Counted from the stretch's first letter, positions 9,632 to 20,367 are shown. The stretch is DNA of 46,394 nucleotides from an uncultured Dehalococcoidales bacterium (GCA_964545945.1 CAZJID010000004.1:1-46394), one strand, 5' to 3'. Notes: generated by a model from the letters alone, not told the origin. Numbers and translations are program-made.

Positions 9632-12600
9632 GTGGTGTTTAGAATGTATTTATCCCGCCTTACTCATTTAATCGATAATATCCCGGCATATCGACAGCTC
9701 AAGGACGTGTTATCAGAACCTCGGAGTAGAGCCATTAAACTGGTGGCTGCAGATGCGGTTAGGCCTTTCCTTATCGCTGCCTTGCACCAGGAATTGCACC
9801 TGCCCATTTTAGTGATTACCATTCAACCTGAAGATGCAAAGCGGCTTTACGAGGAGCTACAGGTATGGTGTCCCGATTTTCCTGCTCTGCACTTCTTCCC
9901 AGAGACAGATTTTTTATTGGACGAATCAGCCTCTGATGTTACAACCAGCGCCGAGAGGCTAAAGACTCTATCGGCTCTGACTTTCTGTGGTCACAACACA
10001 GCAAGCGAACCGAGTCCGATAGTTATTAGTTCTGCTCTGGCGGCTGTTGGAAAAACTATGCCGCGGAATGAATTTCAAGCATCCTGCCATACAGTGCAAC
10101 TCGGCATAACCATCGAACCGCGACACCTATTGGCGAGATGGCAAGATATGGGATACGAATTTGAAAATGTTGTTGAGATCCCGGGAACCGTGAGCCACCG
10201 GGGAGGCATTGTCGATGTTTTTTCTCCTGATAGTGAACTTCCAGTAAGGTTGGAGTTCGTAGGCAACAGGATAGAAAGCATCAGGTTCTTTGATCCGAAG
10301 ACACAGCGGTCGTTAAAACAGGCGACATCAATAAACGTCGTCCCGGCTAAGGAAAGTCATCAAGATAAAACCGATGACACAATTATCGATTACCTCAACG
10401 GGGAAGCACTTTTTATTACGGAGGATGTCGAAGAACTCAAAATCGTGGTAGATAAGTTGTATTACGAAACTGAAGGGTTAAGCCGGACGAAACCTAAGCC
10501 GGCCAAACAGGCGGACTTGTTGGTGCTTTCTTGGTCGGAATTTGAAAAAAAATTTGAAAAGGCTCACAAACACTTAATGCTCTGTTCTTGGAATGCCGGC
10601 TACACCGATAAAACTGCTATTCAGTTACCTTTATCACCTGTGCCAAGCTTCGGAGGAAGACTCGAAGCCTTATGCAAAGGTTTGAAGCAGTTGTTACAGC
10701 AAAAACAGCGCGTCGTTGTTGTAAGTCAGCAAACAAATCGTCTGGCAGAGTTGCTGCTGGAGCAGAATATTGCAGCCAGTTCCGTTTCGCGGATAGAACA
10801 GGTGCCACCTATGCAATCGGTTACTCTGATCCACGGTTCGCTCGCTGAGGGCTGGGCCATGAAAGATGTCCTGACGTTATTCACCGATAATGAAATTTTT
10901 GGTTTTATTAAGAAGCGCCGTTTATCCGGCAGGCATCCGGTGCGCTACCATCTTTTTGTTCCTGAATTGGCGCCGGGTGAATTCGTAGTTCACATCGACC
11001 ACGGCGTCGCCAAGTTCGCCGGTATGACGAAAATAGTTACCGAGGGTATCGAACGAGAATATCTAGTTCTGGAATATGCTGCTGGCGACAGGCTCTATGT
11101 GCCTATTGACCAGGTGGATTGTGTTAGCCGCTACATTGGCGCCAGTGACCGGACGCCGACATTAAGCCGATTAGGAACTCAAGAATGGGCACGCACCAAA
11201 CAGAGAATTAAAGAGTCTGTGGCTAAGATCGCTAGTGAGCTTCTGGGCTTGTATGCTGCTAGAGAGGTAATACCCGGCTTTGCTTTTTCATCTGATACTT
11301 TGTGGCAGCAGGAACTTGAATCCTCTTTTCCTTATATGGAAACACCGGATCAACTTGAGGCAGTTGCAGCAGTGAAGGAAGATATGGAAAAGCCGAAGCC
11401 CATGGACAGGCTTGTCTGCGGAGATGTAGGTTACGGAAAGACGGAAGTGGCTCTCCGCGCAGCCTTCAAAGCGGTAATGGACGGCAAACAGGTATCCTTA
11501 CTCGTTCCAACGACTGTCCTGGCGCAGCAACATTTCATCACTTTTCGGGAAAGGTTGCAAGCCTTTCCGGTAAGGGTAGAGATGCTGAGCAGATTCCGTA
11601 CGGAAAAAGAACAGGCAGAAACAATCGACGACCTATTTTCTGGCTCCGTAGATATCTGCATCGGCACTCATCGTTTGCTGCAGAAAGATATCATGTTTAA
11701 AGACCTGGGACTTGTAATCATAGATGAAGAACAACGTTTTGGTGTTGCGCATAAGGAACACTTTAAGAAATTGAGACGCGAGGTGGATGTCCTCACTCTG
11801 AGTGCAACGCCTATTCCACGTACTCTGCATATGTCTCTTGCCGGAATTAGGGACATGAGCACAATTGAAACTCCTCCGGAAGAGCGCTTACCGATTAAGA
11901 CTTATGTCGGCGCATATGATGACGGGATGATTCGTGAGGCTGTACTGCGAGAGGTCGAACGAAACGGGCAAGTGTTTTTCGTTCACAACCGTGTTCACAG
12001 CATATCTATGGTGGCCGGTAGGTTGAACAGGTTGGTGCCTGAAGCTCGAGTGTCAGTAGCTCATGGCCAAATGCCGGAAGATGAACTAGAAAAGGTGATG
12101 GGCGAGTTTATCAGTCATAAAAGTGACATTTTAGTTACCACTACCATTGTTGAATCGGGCCTCGACATACCGAATGCCAATTCATTGATTGTGAACCAGG
12201 CGGACAAACTGGGTTTAACTCAACTTTATCAACTGCGAGGCAGGGTCGGACGCGGCAGCAGTAATGCCTATGCCTATTTCCTCTATGATAGGGGGAAGCA
12301 ATTGACGTCGGAGGCAAGGAAGCGTCTCAAGACCATTTCCGAGGCAACTGAACTGGGCGCTGGATTTGCTGTGGCCATGAAGGATCTTGAGATCCGTGGT
12401 GCCGGTAACCTGCTCGGGGTGGAACAGAGTGGTTATGTTGCTGCTGTGGGTTTCGACCTATATAGCCGGCTGTTGAGCGAGGCGGTGGAAGGGTTAAAGC
12501 AGGGTCGCCTTTTGGAGAGGAAGGGAGAAGTTGCGCCTCCTCCGGTTCCAGTGATAGATTTACCTCTTGCTGCATTTATACCGGAAGAATACGTATCCGA

Positions 12601-12997
12601 TTTGAATGCCAGGCTGGCTTTTTATCAGCGTCTGGCTGCAGTGAAAAGATTCGCAGAAATTGATGATATGGAACAGGAACTAAGTGATAGATTCGGGCCG
12701 CCTCCGGAAGAGGTTGAGAATCTTATGTATGCCGTCAGGGTAAAGCAACTGGCAACAGAGGCTACGCTGGAATCTATCACAACGGAAAAAGGACAAATAG
12801 TTCTAAATCTCAACGACGGAAGAGATTTGAGCGAGCTATCTTTGCTATCGACTGTGAAAATCGGAATAAAAGTGGGCAGCGACCGGATAAAACTTGACAT
12901 AAATATACTCGGTGACAAATGGCAAGAAGTGCTCGTGGAAGTGCTTGGCGAACTGGATAAACGGGGTACCGGATGCAAAGCGCAAACGGCGTGTTAG
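9632..12997 (+). CDS. mfd: Transcription-repair coupling factor Mfd
   Basis: 1121 aa. It has the RNAP-interacting domain ([13 protein letters not shown]), superfamily-2 helicase motifs ([36 protein letters not shown]) and the TRG motif region. An alternative ATG start is at 9644. Confidence 0.95.
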   Translation: MVFRMYLSRLTHLIDNIPAYRQLKDVLSEPRSRAIKLVAADAVRPFLIAALHQELHLPILVITIQPEDAKRLYEELQVWCPDFPALHFFPETDFLLDESASDVTTSAERLKTLSALTFCGHNTASEPSPIVISSALAAVGKTMPRNEFQASCHTVQLGITIEPRHLLARWQDMGYEFENVVEIPGTVSHRGGIVDVFSPDSELPVRLEFVGNRIESIRFFDPKTQRSLKQATSINVVPAKESHQDKTDDTIIDYLNGEALFITEDVEELKIVVDKLYYETEGLSRTKPKPAKQADLLVLSWSEFEKKFEKAHKHLMLCSWNAGYTDKTAIQLPLSPVPSFGGRLEALCKGLKQLLQQKQRVVVVSQQTNRLAELLLEQNIAASSVSRIEQVPPMQSVTLIHGSLAEGWAMKDVLTLFTDNEIFGFIKKRRLSGRHPVRYHLFVPELAPGEFVVHIDHGVAKFAGMTKIVTEGIEREYLVLEYAAGDRLYVPIDQVDCVSRYIGASDRTPTLSRLGTQEWARTKQRIKESVAKIASELLGLYAAREVIPGFAFSSDTLWQQELESSFPYMETPDQLEAVAAVKEDMEKPKPMDRLVCGDVGYGKTEVALRAAFKAVMDGKQVSLLVPTTVLAQQHFITFRERLQAFPVRVEMLSRFRTEKEQAETIDDLFSGSVDICIGTHRLLQKDIMFKDLGLVIIDEEQRFGVAHKEHFKKLRREVDVLTLSATPIPRTLHMSLAGIRDMSTIETPPEERLPIKTYVGAYDDGMIREAVLREVERNGQVFFVHNRVHSISMVAGRLNRLVPEARVSVAHGQMPEDELEKVMGEFISHKSDILVTTTIVESGLDIPNANSLIVNQADKLGLTQLYQLRGRVGRGSSNAYAYFLYDRGKQLTSEARKRLKTISEATELGAGFAVAMKDLEIRGAGNLLGVEQSGYVAAVGFDLYSRLLSEAVEGLKQGRLLERKGEVAPPPVPVIDLPLAAFIPEEYVSDLNARLAFYQRLAAVKRFAEIDDMEQELSDRFGPPPEEVENLMYAVRVKQLATEATLESITTEKGQIVLNLNDGRDLSELSLLSTVKIGIKVGSDRIKLDINILGDKWQEVLVEVLGELDKRGTGCKAQTAC

Positions 12998-13587
12998 TTT
13001 TAACAATAGGTCACTCTACCCGGACGATGGAGGATTTTCTGGGACTATTGCAAGCAAACGAGATAGCCACAGTGGCAGACGTAAGGACCATACCTCGCTC
13101 GCGTCACAATCCTCAATTTGATGCAAGGACTCTGCCCGGTGCTTTGAATACAGCAGGTATAAAATACATTCATATGGCTGGGCTGGGTGGATTGCGCCAA
13201 TCCCGTGCTAATTCATTGAATACGGGTTGGAGGAACGCCAGTTTTCGAGGATTCGCTGATTACATGCAGACCGCTGAATTCGGTCAGAGCCTGCAATGTT
13301 TAATGAATATAATCCTAAAAGAACAAGTTGTGCTTATGTGTGCCGAAAAGCTTCCATGGCGCTGTCACCGATCTCTTATTGCCGACGCATTGCTGGTCAG
13401 GGGATTTAAAGTTGAGCATATAATCGATGCAAACGTACATTACTCGCATAACATTACTTCTTTTGCCAGTGTCTCGGGAACGATTGTAACTTATCCATCT
13501 GTCGTCAACGACAATATTTCAGGTGTACATATAGATACAAATGATAAAAAGGGATACGACTCTGGCCGTAATATCAAGGCAGCGTAA
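12973..13587 (+). CDS. DUF488 family protein
   Basis: 204 aa. The N-terminus [41 protein letters not shown] and the later CAEKLPWRCHRSLIAD are characteristic of DUF488. The start overlaps the mfd 3' end by 25 nt. Confidence 0.7.
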   Translation: MQSANGVLVLTIGHSTRTMEDFLGLLQANEIATVADVRTIPRSRHNPQFDARTLPGALNTAGIKYIHMAGLGGLRQSRANSLNTGWRNASFRGFADYMQTAEFGQSLQCLMNIILKEQVVLMCAEKLPWRCHRSLIADALLVRGFKVEHIIDANVHYSHNITSFASVSGTIVTYPSVVNDNISGVHIDTNDKKGYDSGRNIKAA

Positions 13588-13597
13588 TCTGATTACA

Positions 13598-13855
13598 CTA
13601 AACTTCTATGCCGTAATCGTGCAAACAGTCGATGAGGTCCTGAACGGTAACGATTTTCTCGATGTCTTCATCTGATATTTCCAGTTTACGTTTTGGCGTG
13701 CTGAATTCCTGCTCTAATGTCGTGATAAGCTCGGCCAGGTCGGAGGCATCAATGTTTAAGTCGTCCACAAAAGATGCAGAAGGGACTATTAGCTCCTCGT
13801 CAACACCTAGTTCATCTGCAATCATTTTCTTAAGTTTTTCAGAGATATTTGTCAT
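13598..13855 (-). CDS. Acyl carrier protein-like protein with a non-canonical Ser motif
   Basis: 85 aa and acidic, with ACP-like helix II context (FVDDLNIDASDLAELITTLEQEF). The canonical DSL is replaced by D-A-S-D-L. Confidence 0.7.
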   Translation of the reverse strand: MTNISEKLKKMIADELGVDEELIVPSASFVDDLNIDASDLAELITTLEQEFSTPKRKLEISDEDIEKIVTVQDLIDCLHDYGIEV

Positions 13856-13872
13856 TAGTGTCCTTTGAACAT

Positions 13873-14325
13873 CTAAACTGGCTCAGATTTTTTAATTACT
13901 GTGTGTTGTTTTGTCTGGTCTACACAAGTGGTAGCTACTGAACCCAGAACACCGTTTACAAATTTTTGCGAAGTATGGCTTCCAAAACTCTTGGCCAGTT
14001 CGACGGCTTCGTTAATAACTGCTTTCATTGGAACTCTATTATCGAATAAAATCTCAAAAATGGCAAGACGTAAAATATTTCTATCTATTGGCGCAATTTG
14101 CTCTATAGGAAAGGTCGGAGCGAACCTCCGAATAACATTATCGATATTGTTTTTGTTTTGCAGAAAGCCAACCACCAGGCTTTTAGCGAAATCGGCCGCC
14201 TCGTCAGGCAGGGGTTTCTCTCTCAGCAAACGGGCTATTATCTTATCCGGTTGATGGGCCGAACAATCAAGCTCGTAAAGTACCTTTAAAGCAACAATTC
14301 TGGCTTTTCGCCTTACTCCAACCAT
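13873..14325 (-). CDS. nusB: Transcription antitermination factor NusB
   Basis: MVGVRRKARIVALKVLYELD and the following helical protein match the NusB N-terminus. The track ORF extends to a TTG at 14361, but the ATG at 14325 fits the family better. Confidence 0.85.
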   Translation of the reverse strand: MVGVRRKARIVALKVLYELDCSAHQPDKIIARLLREKPLPDEAADFAKSLVVGFLQNKNNIDNVIRRFAPTFPIEQIAPIDRNILRLAIFEILFDNRVPMKAVINEAVELAKSFGSHTSQKFVNGVLGSVATTCVDQTKQHTVIKKSEPV

Positions 14326-14525
14326 GTCGAAATACTTATTACTAAAATACGGATCCAGCAACTCCGGCGACTGAATGAGAACAGCCGCCTGTTAATCAAA
14401 TAATAACCGACTTGTCTTAGCGCTGCAAACAGTAATAAATGTTGAACACGCTACTATTCAGTATCCTGGTCAAAGGTAATTATCGGCCGGTTAAACGCGG
14501 TCATCCGTGGATGGGTGTATTGAGC

Positions 14526-15470
14526 TTATCCCCTGCGCCATTTTGTTATTTCACTCACCGTTTGAGCGTTGCTGATATTAAACGCCTGTGCTCCGGGGCT
14601 GATGCGTTTGATTAGTTTGGTCAGCATCTCACCCGGCCCCATTTCGAAGAAAGTAGTTACGCCTCGAGCAATCATATTTTCCACAGCTTGTTGCCATTGA
14701 ACAGGACGTACAATCTGGCTAACCAGTTCTTCTTTTATCGCTTCCAGGTCGGTAAGAGGCTGGGCGGTAACATTAGCCACAACCGGCACTGCCGGTTTAT
14801 TAAACGTAAATTCCGAAATAGCGTTTCTGAGCCTTTCTATGGCCGGCTCCATTAATATGGAATTGAAAGGACCGTTGACTCTTAGCGGTACAATACGGCG
14901 GGCGCCTTTTATCTGAGCTAACCTTTTAGCTTTAGTCAGGTTTTCTTGAGTACCGCTCAGTGTAACCTGGTCTGGAGCATCGATGTAAGCTATCTCTACT
15001 TGCGTTGAAAAACAGATATTTTTGAAGACTTCTATATCCAGACCGATCATAGATACCATGCCGCCACCCGTACGCTGCCCGGCCTCATTCATTAAGCGAC
15101 CTCTCTCGCGTATCAACCTTGAGGCGTCAGCCAGACTAAGTACACCGGCAGCCACCAAAGCTGCGTAGGTGCCTACGTCGTGTCCGGCAACGAACATGGG
15201 CTCAGGGATACCGTTGTTACTGACCTCCTGGGCTGCTCTAAGACAAGCGACGCTCGTAGCCAGAAGTGCCGGCTGCACATTGGTTGTCTGCTTCAGATCA
15301 TCCTGGGGACCTTCGAAGCATAATCGAGATAGGGAGAAGCCTAGATTTTTGTCAACTTCATCAAAAACTTCACGGGCGGAAGTGTAGTGCACATAAAGGT
15401 CTAAGCCCATGCCTACGGAATGTGATTCCTGCCCCGGAAAAACATACGCGACTTTTATTGCTTCTGCCAT
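14526..15470 (-). CDS. Malonyl-CoA:ACP transacylase (FabD) homologue with a substituted catalytic dyad
   Basis: 314 aa, colinear with FabD (VFPGQ, QPALLATSV, RERGRLM, MIGLD, PVQW, GPG). GHSLGE is replaced by GHDVGT, and the SH of the VPSH motif is replaced by FN. Confidence 0.8.
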   Translation of the reverse strand: MAEAIKVAYVFPGQESHSVGMGLDLYVHYTSAREVFDEVDKNLGFSLSRLCFEGPQDDLKQTTNVQPALLATSVACLRAAQEVSNNGIPEPMFVAGHDVGTYAALVAAGVLSLADASRLIRERGRLMNEAGQRTGGGMVSMIGLDIEVFKNICFSTQVEIAYIDAPDQVTLSGTQENLTKAKRLAQIKGARRIVPLRVNGPFNSILMEPAIERLRNAISEFTFNKPAVPVVANVTAQPLTDLEAIKEELVSQIVRPVQWQQAVENMIARGVTTFFEMGPGEMLTKLIKRISPGAQAFNISNAQTVSEITKWRRG

Positions 15471-15570
15471 GAATCCTCCTTACTCATTCGAGCTTGACAA
15501 AGTTCTCTTGTGAGCTTCACCGTTATTACATACTTATTCTTATTAGCATAGTTAAGTGTATCAATCAAAT

Positions 15571-15774
15571 TTACGGCTTGCCGGGTGTTTTCTTCGAGGT
15601 TTTAATCTCAATTACTTCCCTGCCTGCGTAGGTGCCGCAGGTTGGGCAGGCATGATGAGGTAACTTGGGACTATGGCACTGAGGGCAGTCCACCAGCTTT
15701 GGTACGCTCAGAGCCAGGTGGCTCCTTCTTTTTCCTTGCCTCGCCTTGGCATATTTTCTTTTTGGTAAAGCCAT
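15571..15774 (-). CDS. rpmF: 50S ribosomal protein L32
   Basis: 67 aa, MALPKRKYAKARQGKRRSH, with a CPQC...CPTC zinc ribbon. Confidence 0.9.
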   Translation of the reverse strand: MALPKRKYAKARQGKRRSHLALSVPKLVDCPQCHSPKLPHHACPTCGTYAGREVIEIKTSKKTPGKP

Positions 15775-15782
15775 TTAGCTTT

Positions 15783-16283
15783 TTATCTCCTTCCTCGGAC
15801 TAACTTGGACCATCTTGGATCCACGGCATTTGACGGGCATTGGCAGCGGCTCTTATTAAGGTCTTTGCCGCAAGTTGGGCAAATGCCAGCGCAATCCAGG
15901 CGGCATAACGGCTTAGCAGGAACTGTAAGCCATACATACTGGCGAATCGCTTCGCTCAGGTCGATTGTATGGGTCTCATCAATGATAAGACTATTGTATC
16001 GGTCGGCCGGACATAAACCTTCCGATGAAACCGGGAGAGCTTCTTCTTCAAAGTTGAAGTTTACCTCACAGTCAATAGGTTTCAAGCATCGGCTGCATAT
16101 AACCTTTACGCAGGCATTCATCTTACCTTTGACCAAAATACCACGATTGGTGTGTATTAAAACCGCATTACCCTTGATAAGGTTTATATCATCTTCACCC
16201 ACCTGCTCTTTTATTTGGTAGCTGCGGCTTGAACCGGCGGGTTCCTTAAGTAACTGGGCAACGTTAAAGCGCATGTTTTCCAT
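15783..16283 (-). CDS. yceD: YceD/DUF177 family protein (ribosome-maturation associated)
   Basis: It sits immediately upstream of rpmF, as in the conserved yceD-rpmF pair, and has the C-terminal CxxxCxGxCxxCG motif (CRLDCAGICPTCG). The start is uncertain, with candidate ATGs at 16274, 16283 and 16289; the track ORF extends to 16328. Confidence 0.75.
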   Translation of the reverse strand: MENMRFNVAQLLKEPAGSSRSYQIKEQVGEDDINLIKGNAVLIHTNRGILVKGKMNACVKVICSRCLKPIDCEVNFNFEEEALPVSSEGLCPADRYNSLIIDETHTIDLSEAIRQYVWLTVPAKPLCRLDCAGICPTCGKDLNKSRCQCPSNAVDPRWSKLVRGRR

Positions 16284-16428
16284 AGACATTGTGATGTTAA
16301 TTATAAGTTGAGATATATTCCAAGTCAAGATAACTCATGGTGCCTGAATATCTCGTTCTAGCTATATGAGGATGGGTGAAATGCTTTGTTTGATAGGGTA
16401 TAATGGCTAATCGTGGGGTATCTACAAG

Positions 16429-17622
16429 TTGGCTAATAAAGCTCTAACCAAGGCAGAACTTAAGTCTGAAGTAAGCCGGCAAATAGAAGAGCAGCGCCAC
16501 AATCTTATTGAGCTAAGTCTTAACATACATGACAACCCCGAGTTGGGTTACAAGGAAGAGAAAGCATCGGGCCTGCTTACCGAGTATCTGGCTAAAAACG
16601 GTTTTAATATGGAAAAAGGCGTCGGTGGCTTTCCCACGGCTTTCAAGGCGACCTACGGTGAAAGTAAGCCGGTAATTGCATTGCTCGCAGAATACGACGC
16701 GTTACCTGAAATAGGACATGGTTGCGGTCACAATATTATCGCTGCTTCGTCTGTAGGAGCGGCAGTAGCAAGCAAGTCTACCGTAGATAATTTCGGCGGC
16801 TCGGTTTTTGTCTTTGGGACACCGGCTGAGGAGCTATTTGGCGGCAAAGTACCCATGTTGCGCGCGGGAGTTTTTAATGGGGTGGATGTAGCTATGATAG
16901 TACACCCCGGATTACGTGATGCAGCCACCAACCAGGCACTGGCTTGTATTGGTATAGATGTGCAATTTTTTGGTAAGGCGTCCCATGCTGCCGCTTATCC
17001 CGAAGGGGGCATAAACGCACTCGAAGCTATGATTTTGTCGTTTAACGCAATCAATTCATTGAGGCAACATATTAAAGACACGGCTCGGATTCACGGCGTT
17101 ATTACTCATGGCGGTGATGCGGCTAACGTAGTGCCGTCACATTCTGCTGCCAGCTTCTATGTCCGCGCGCGAAGCATTGCGTATCTGAATGAATTAAAGC
17201 AAAAGGTATTGAAGTGTTTTGAGGGGGCAGCTCTGGCTACCGGTGCGCGATTGGACTATAAATGGTCTGATGTAGTCTACGAGCCGATGAAGAACAATTT
17301 AGTCCTGGCTGGGTTATTTGCCCGGAATATGGAATCTTTAGGGAGGAAGGTATCACTGAACGAAGCTTACTTCGGTTTTGGCAGTACAGATATGGGCAAT
17401 GTCAGCCAGGTTATACCTGCTATTCATCCTTCTGTTGCCGTTAGCTCTCCTGATATACTGCTGCATTCCTCAGAATTTGCCGTTGCTGCCGCCTCGGAGT
17501 CGGGACACAAAGGTTTATTAGATGCAGCCAAGGCACTGGCCATGACTATTGTTGATTTGCTCAGTGACTCCAACACTGTTAAAAGGGTAAAAGACGAATT
17601 CTCGGGGCGGGCGCAGCAATAA
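16429..17622 (+). CDS. M20-family amidohydrolase (AbgB-like)
   Basis: 397 aa with the EYDALPEIGHGCGHN motif and the typical M20D layout. TTG start. Confidence 0.85.
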   Translation: MANKALTKAELKSEVSRQIEEQRHNLIELSLNIHDNPELGYKEEKASGLLTEYLAKNGFNMEKGVGGFPTAFKATYGESKPVIALLAEYDALPEIGHGCGHNIIAASSVGAAVASKSTVDNFGGSVFVFGTPAEELFGGKVPMLRAGVFNGVDVAMIVHPGLRDAATNQALACIGIDVQFFGKASHAAAYPEGGINALEAMILSFNAINSLRQHIKDTARIHGVITHGGDAANVVPSHSAASFYVRARSIAYLNELKQKVLKCFEGAALATGARLDYKWSDVVYEPMKNNLVLAGLFARNMESLGRKVSLNEAYFGFGSTDMGNVSQVIPAIHPSVAVSSPDILLHSSEFAVAAASESGHKGLLDAAKALAMTIVDLLSDSNTVKRVKDEFSGRAQQ

Positions 17623-17806
17623 ACATTTTTTGAGTCCTGCCGTTAAGTCTATATGGCGCAATTTTCAGAAATTTTTCGCGTCGGCAGCTTGAGATGAATC
17701 TGGTGACGGCGGCATTTTTTGGGTAAAAATTATAAAATAGAGCACGTAAATCTTTGTTAGACGGGGGAAATGCCAGTGAGACCTGATTATAAATGGAGGG
17801 CATGAC

Positions 17807-18265
17807 ATGAAGGTTATTTTTCTAAAAGATGTCTCAAAGGGAAAGAGGGGAGAGATAAAAGATGTAGCTGATGGTTATGCCAGGAATTTTCTTTTGCCAA
17901 AGGGGTTAGCTTTACCGGCAACGCCCTCTGCAACTAAAGAGGCTAAGTTATTGTTAGACAAGAAGGCGGAGCATCAGGCAAGGCAGCAAGAGGAGCAGAA
18001 GAAAATCGCTCAGGAACTGGATGGCAAAGAGGTGCATTTCAAGGCTAAAGCAGGCGCCAAAGGTCGTCTTCACGGTGCTATTACCAGCGCCGGCATAGCT
18101 GAAGAGCTTTCTCGACTTAGCGGCCTGGAGATCGATAAAAAAAGAATAGAAATTGAAGAGCCATTCCATCAACTTGGTGACTATGAGGTAGCAATAAACT
18201 TTGGTACGGATGCCCAGGCAAAAATAAAGGTAATTATCGAAGAAGAAGCTACTGTAAATGATTAG
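17807..18265 (+). CDS. rplI: 50S ribosomal protein L9
   Basis: 152 aa, [35 protein letters not shown]. Confidence 0.95.
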   Translation: MKVIFLKDVSKGKRGEIKDVADGYARNFLLPKGLALPATPSATKEAKLLLDKKAEHQARQQEEQKKIAQELDGKEVHFKAKAGAKGRLHGAITSAGIAEELSRLSGLEIDKKRIEIEEPFHQLGDYEVAINFGTDAQAKIKVIIEEEATVND

Positions 18266-19628
18266 CGATAATTTGCCCCCGCACGATATTGAAGCTGAAA
18301 AAGCGGTCTTAGGCTCCATGCTTATCGATAGCGAAGGCATTTTCAAGATTGCTACGTTCTTGGCGCCCGAGGACTTCTTCAATCCGGAAAACCAGCTCGT
18401 TTACGAGGCTTGTTTCAGCTTATATCAGCGTAATGAGGGCATAAACCAGATAACGGTAGCCCGGGAGCTGGTCCAGAAAGAAAGGTTGGACGAAGTAGGT
18501 GGAACTGCTTATTTAAGTCACCTGGTTTCTACGGTCCCTACTTCTCTTCACATCGAGTACTATGCTCAAATAGTTTCGAGACTGGCTATAATGAGGCGAC
18601 TCATAAGCGCCGGCAGTCAAATTACTGCTCTCGGCTACGAGGGCGATGCCGAGGTTGATGTTGCTCTCAGCAGGGCAGAGGACGTTTTATTTAAAGTACG
18701 GCAGAGGCGAAGTCGCCAGGATTTCGTACCTATTAAACAGATCCTGGGTCAATATTTTGAAGAGGCCGGACCTGTTGAGACTAGAGGAGAAGCGATTCCG
18801 CATGTGCTTACTTATTTTACGGCTGTTGATGATATACTGGGTGGTTTACAGCGTTCCGACTTGATCATACTGGGTGCCAGGCCCAGTGCCGGTAAGACCA
18901 GCCTGGCTCTCAATATAGCTCGCAACACGGCTGTTAACCAGAAAGCCTGCGTTGCCTTATTTAGCCTGGAAATGTCCAGGCAGGCTGTTGTCCAGCGGCT
19001 TCTGGCAAACGAAGCCAATGTAGATTCTAAGAGCGTCCGGTTAGGGCTCTATACGGAGAGAGAAGAGAGAAGGATTATGGAAGCCAGCGGCACTCTATCC
19101 GAATTGCCGATATACATTGACGATTCACCTCAAATGCGGGTAGTAGAAATGCGAAGTAAGGCTAAACGTCTCGATTTTGAGCGGACGGTCGACCTGGTTA
19201 TTGTTGATTATCTGCAGTTGATACAGGGAGCGGCCAGAAGCGAAAGTCGTGTCCAGGAACTTAGTGAAATTACGCGGTCACTAAAGGCACTGGCTCGTGA
19301 GATTAATGCACCGGTGCTGGCTGTTTCTCAGCTTAGCCGTGCCGTAGAATGGCGAGCGTCTCACAAACCACAGCTGTCAGACCTCAGAGACAGCGGCAGT
19401 ATCGAGCAGGACGCCGATGTAGTCGTCTTCATATCTCGAGACGAGATGTATTTTAATGAAGATGAGTGGAAAAAAGCTCATGATATCGAAGCTGAGCCTT
19501 ATCCCAAAGGTATAGCCGATGTTATCGTAGCCAAGCACCGAAACGGTCCCACAGGCGAGGTTAAGCTACGTTTTGTTTCTAAAACAGCCAAATTCGATGA
19601 CCTGGAATCCGAGTTGAGTGCTGCCTGA
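18258..19628 (+). CDS. dnaB: Replicative DNA helicase DnaB
   Basis: 456 aa with [16 protein letters not shown], Walker [11 protein letters not shown], and the DYLQLI and SQLSRAVE motifs. It overlaps the rplI end by 8 nt. Confidence 0.95.
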   Translation: MISDNLPPHDIEAEKAVLGSMLIDSEGIFKIATFLAPEDFFNPENQLVYEACFSLYQRNEGINQITVARELVQKERLDEVGGTAYLSHLVSTVPTSLHIEYYAQIVSRLAIMRRLISAGSQITALGYEGDAEVDVALSRAEDVLFKVRQRRSRQDFVPIKQILGQYFEEAGPVETRGEAIPHVLTYFTAVDDILGGLQRSDLIILGARPSAGKTSLALNIARNTAVNQKACVALFSLEMSRQAVVQRLLANEANVDSKSVRLGLYTEREERRIMEASGTLSELPIYIDDSPQMRVVEMRSKAKRLDFERTVDLVIVDYLQLIQGAARSESRVQELSEITRSLKALAREINAPVLAVSQLSRAVEWRASHKPQLSDLRDSGSIEQDADVVVFISRDEMYFNEDEWKKAHDIEAEPYPKGIADVIVAKHRNGPTGEVKLRFVSKTAKFDDLESELSAA

Positions 19629-19647
19629 AACCGATTTAACGAATAAT

Positions 19648-20367
19648 ATGAGTGAATCAGTGTTTTCCGGCTTTCCTGCAAGAGCAGAGGTTACTCCTGT
19701 TCCAAATCTGTTCTTTACTGAAGTTGTGCCTCAAGTCGACAGTATCAATGAGCTTAAGGTGGTACTGCATATTTTCTGGCTGCTCAGCCGTCGGCGCGGA
19801 TATCCGCAATTTGTAACAGCTAGCGAACTGTCAGCTGACCCAATACTTGGGAGAGGTATGGAGCCAGTGGGTGCAGCCAGAAAAGAGGTGCTTTGTCAGG
19901 CGCTTAAGGAAGCCGTGGAGCATGGCATAATACTGCATGTTAGAGTGGACAGAGCCGGACAGGTTGAAGATGCTTATCTCATTAACAACGATGCCGGTAG
20001 AGATGCGATCATTAAAATAAAGCAGGGCGATTTACCGGAGCTGCCTCCGGCACCTGTCCCGAACGATATGCAAGCTGCGGTACCCAATAATATTTACAGC
20101 TTATATGAGAGCAATATCGGTATGGTTACGCAATTAATTTCGGAACAGCTCAAGGAGGCGGAGACACTGTATCCGGCGGAGTGGATAGAATCGGCTTTTA
20201 AGGAGGCTGTTGCTTTAAATAAGCGTAGCTGGAGATACATTCTTCGTATTTTGGAAAGATGGGCTACGGAAGGTAAAGATGATGGAAAGTTTGGGAGAGA
20301 TACTCAAAAAGGGAGAGACCGCGAAAAGTACGTCAAAGGCAAGTACGGACACATGGTCAAAGGATAA
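19648..20367 (+). CDS. DnaD-domain replication-initiation / helicase-loading accessory protein
   Basis: The C-terminal region YPAEWIESAFKEAVALNKRSWRYILRILERWATEG resembles the DnaD/DnaB_2 C-terminal domain, and the gene lies between dnaB and a DnaC-like ATPase. The track start is a GTG at 19618; the ATG at 19648 is preferred. Confidence 0.65.
   Translation: MSESVFSGFPARAEVTPVPNLFFTEVVPQVDSINELKVVLHIFWLLSRRRGYPQFVTASELSADPILGRGMEPVGAARKEVLCQALKEAVEHGIILHVRVDRAGQVEDAYLINNDAGRDAIIKIKQGDLPELPPAPVPNDMQAAVPNNIYSLYESNIGMVTQLISEQLKEAETLYPAEWIESAFKEAVALNKRSWRYILRILERWATEGKDDGKFGRDTQKGRDREKYVKGKYGHMVKG

Noticed and set aside
17623-17806. A possible terminator or small RNA between the M20 hydrolase gene and rplI (T-tract at about 17715).
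   Set aside because: I could not find a stable GC-rich stem preceding the T-tract. The complementarity is limited to about 5 bp.
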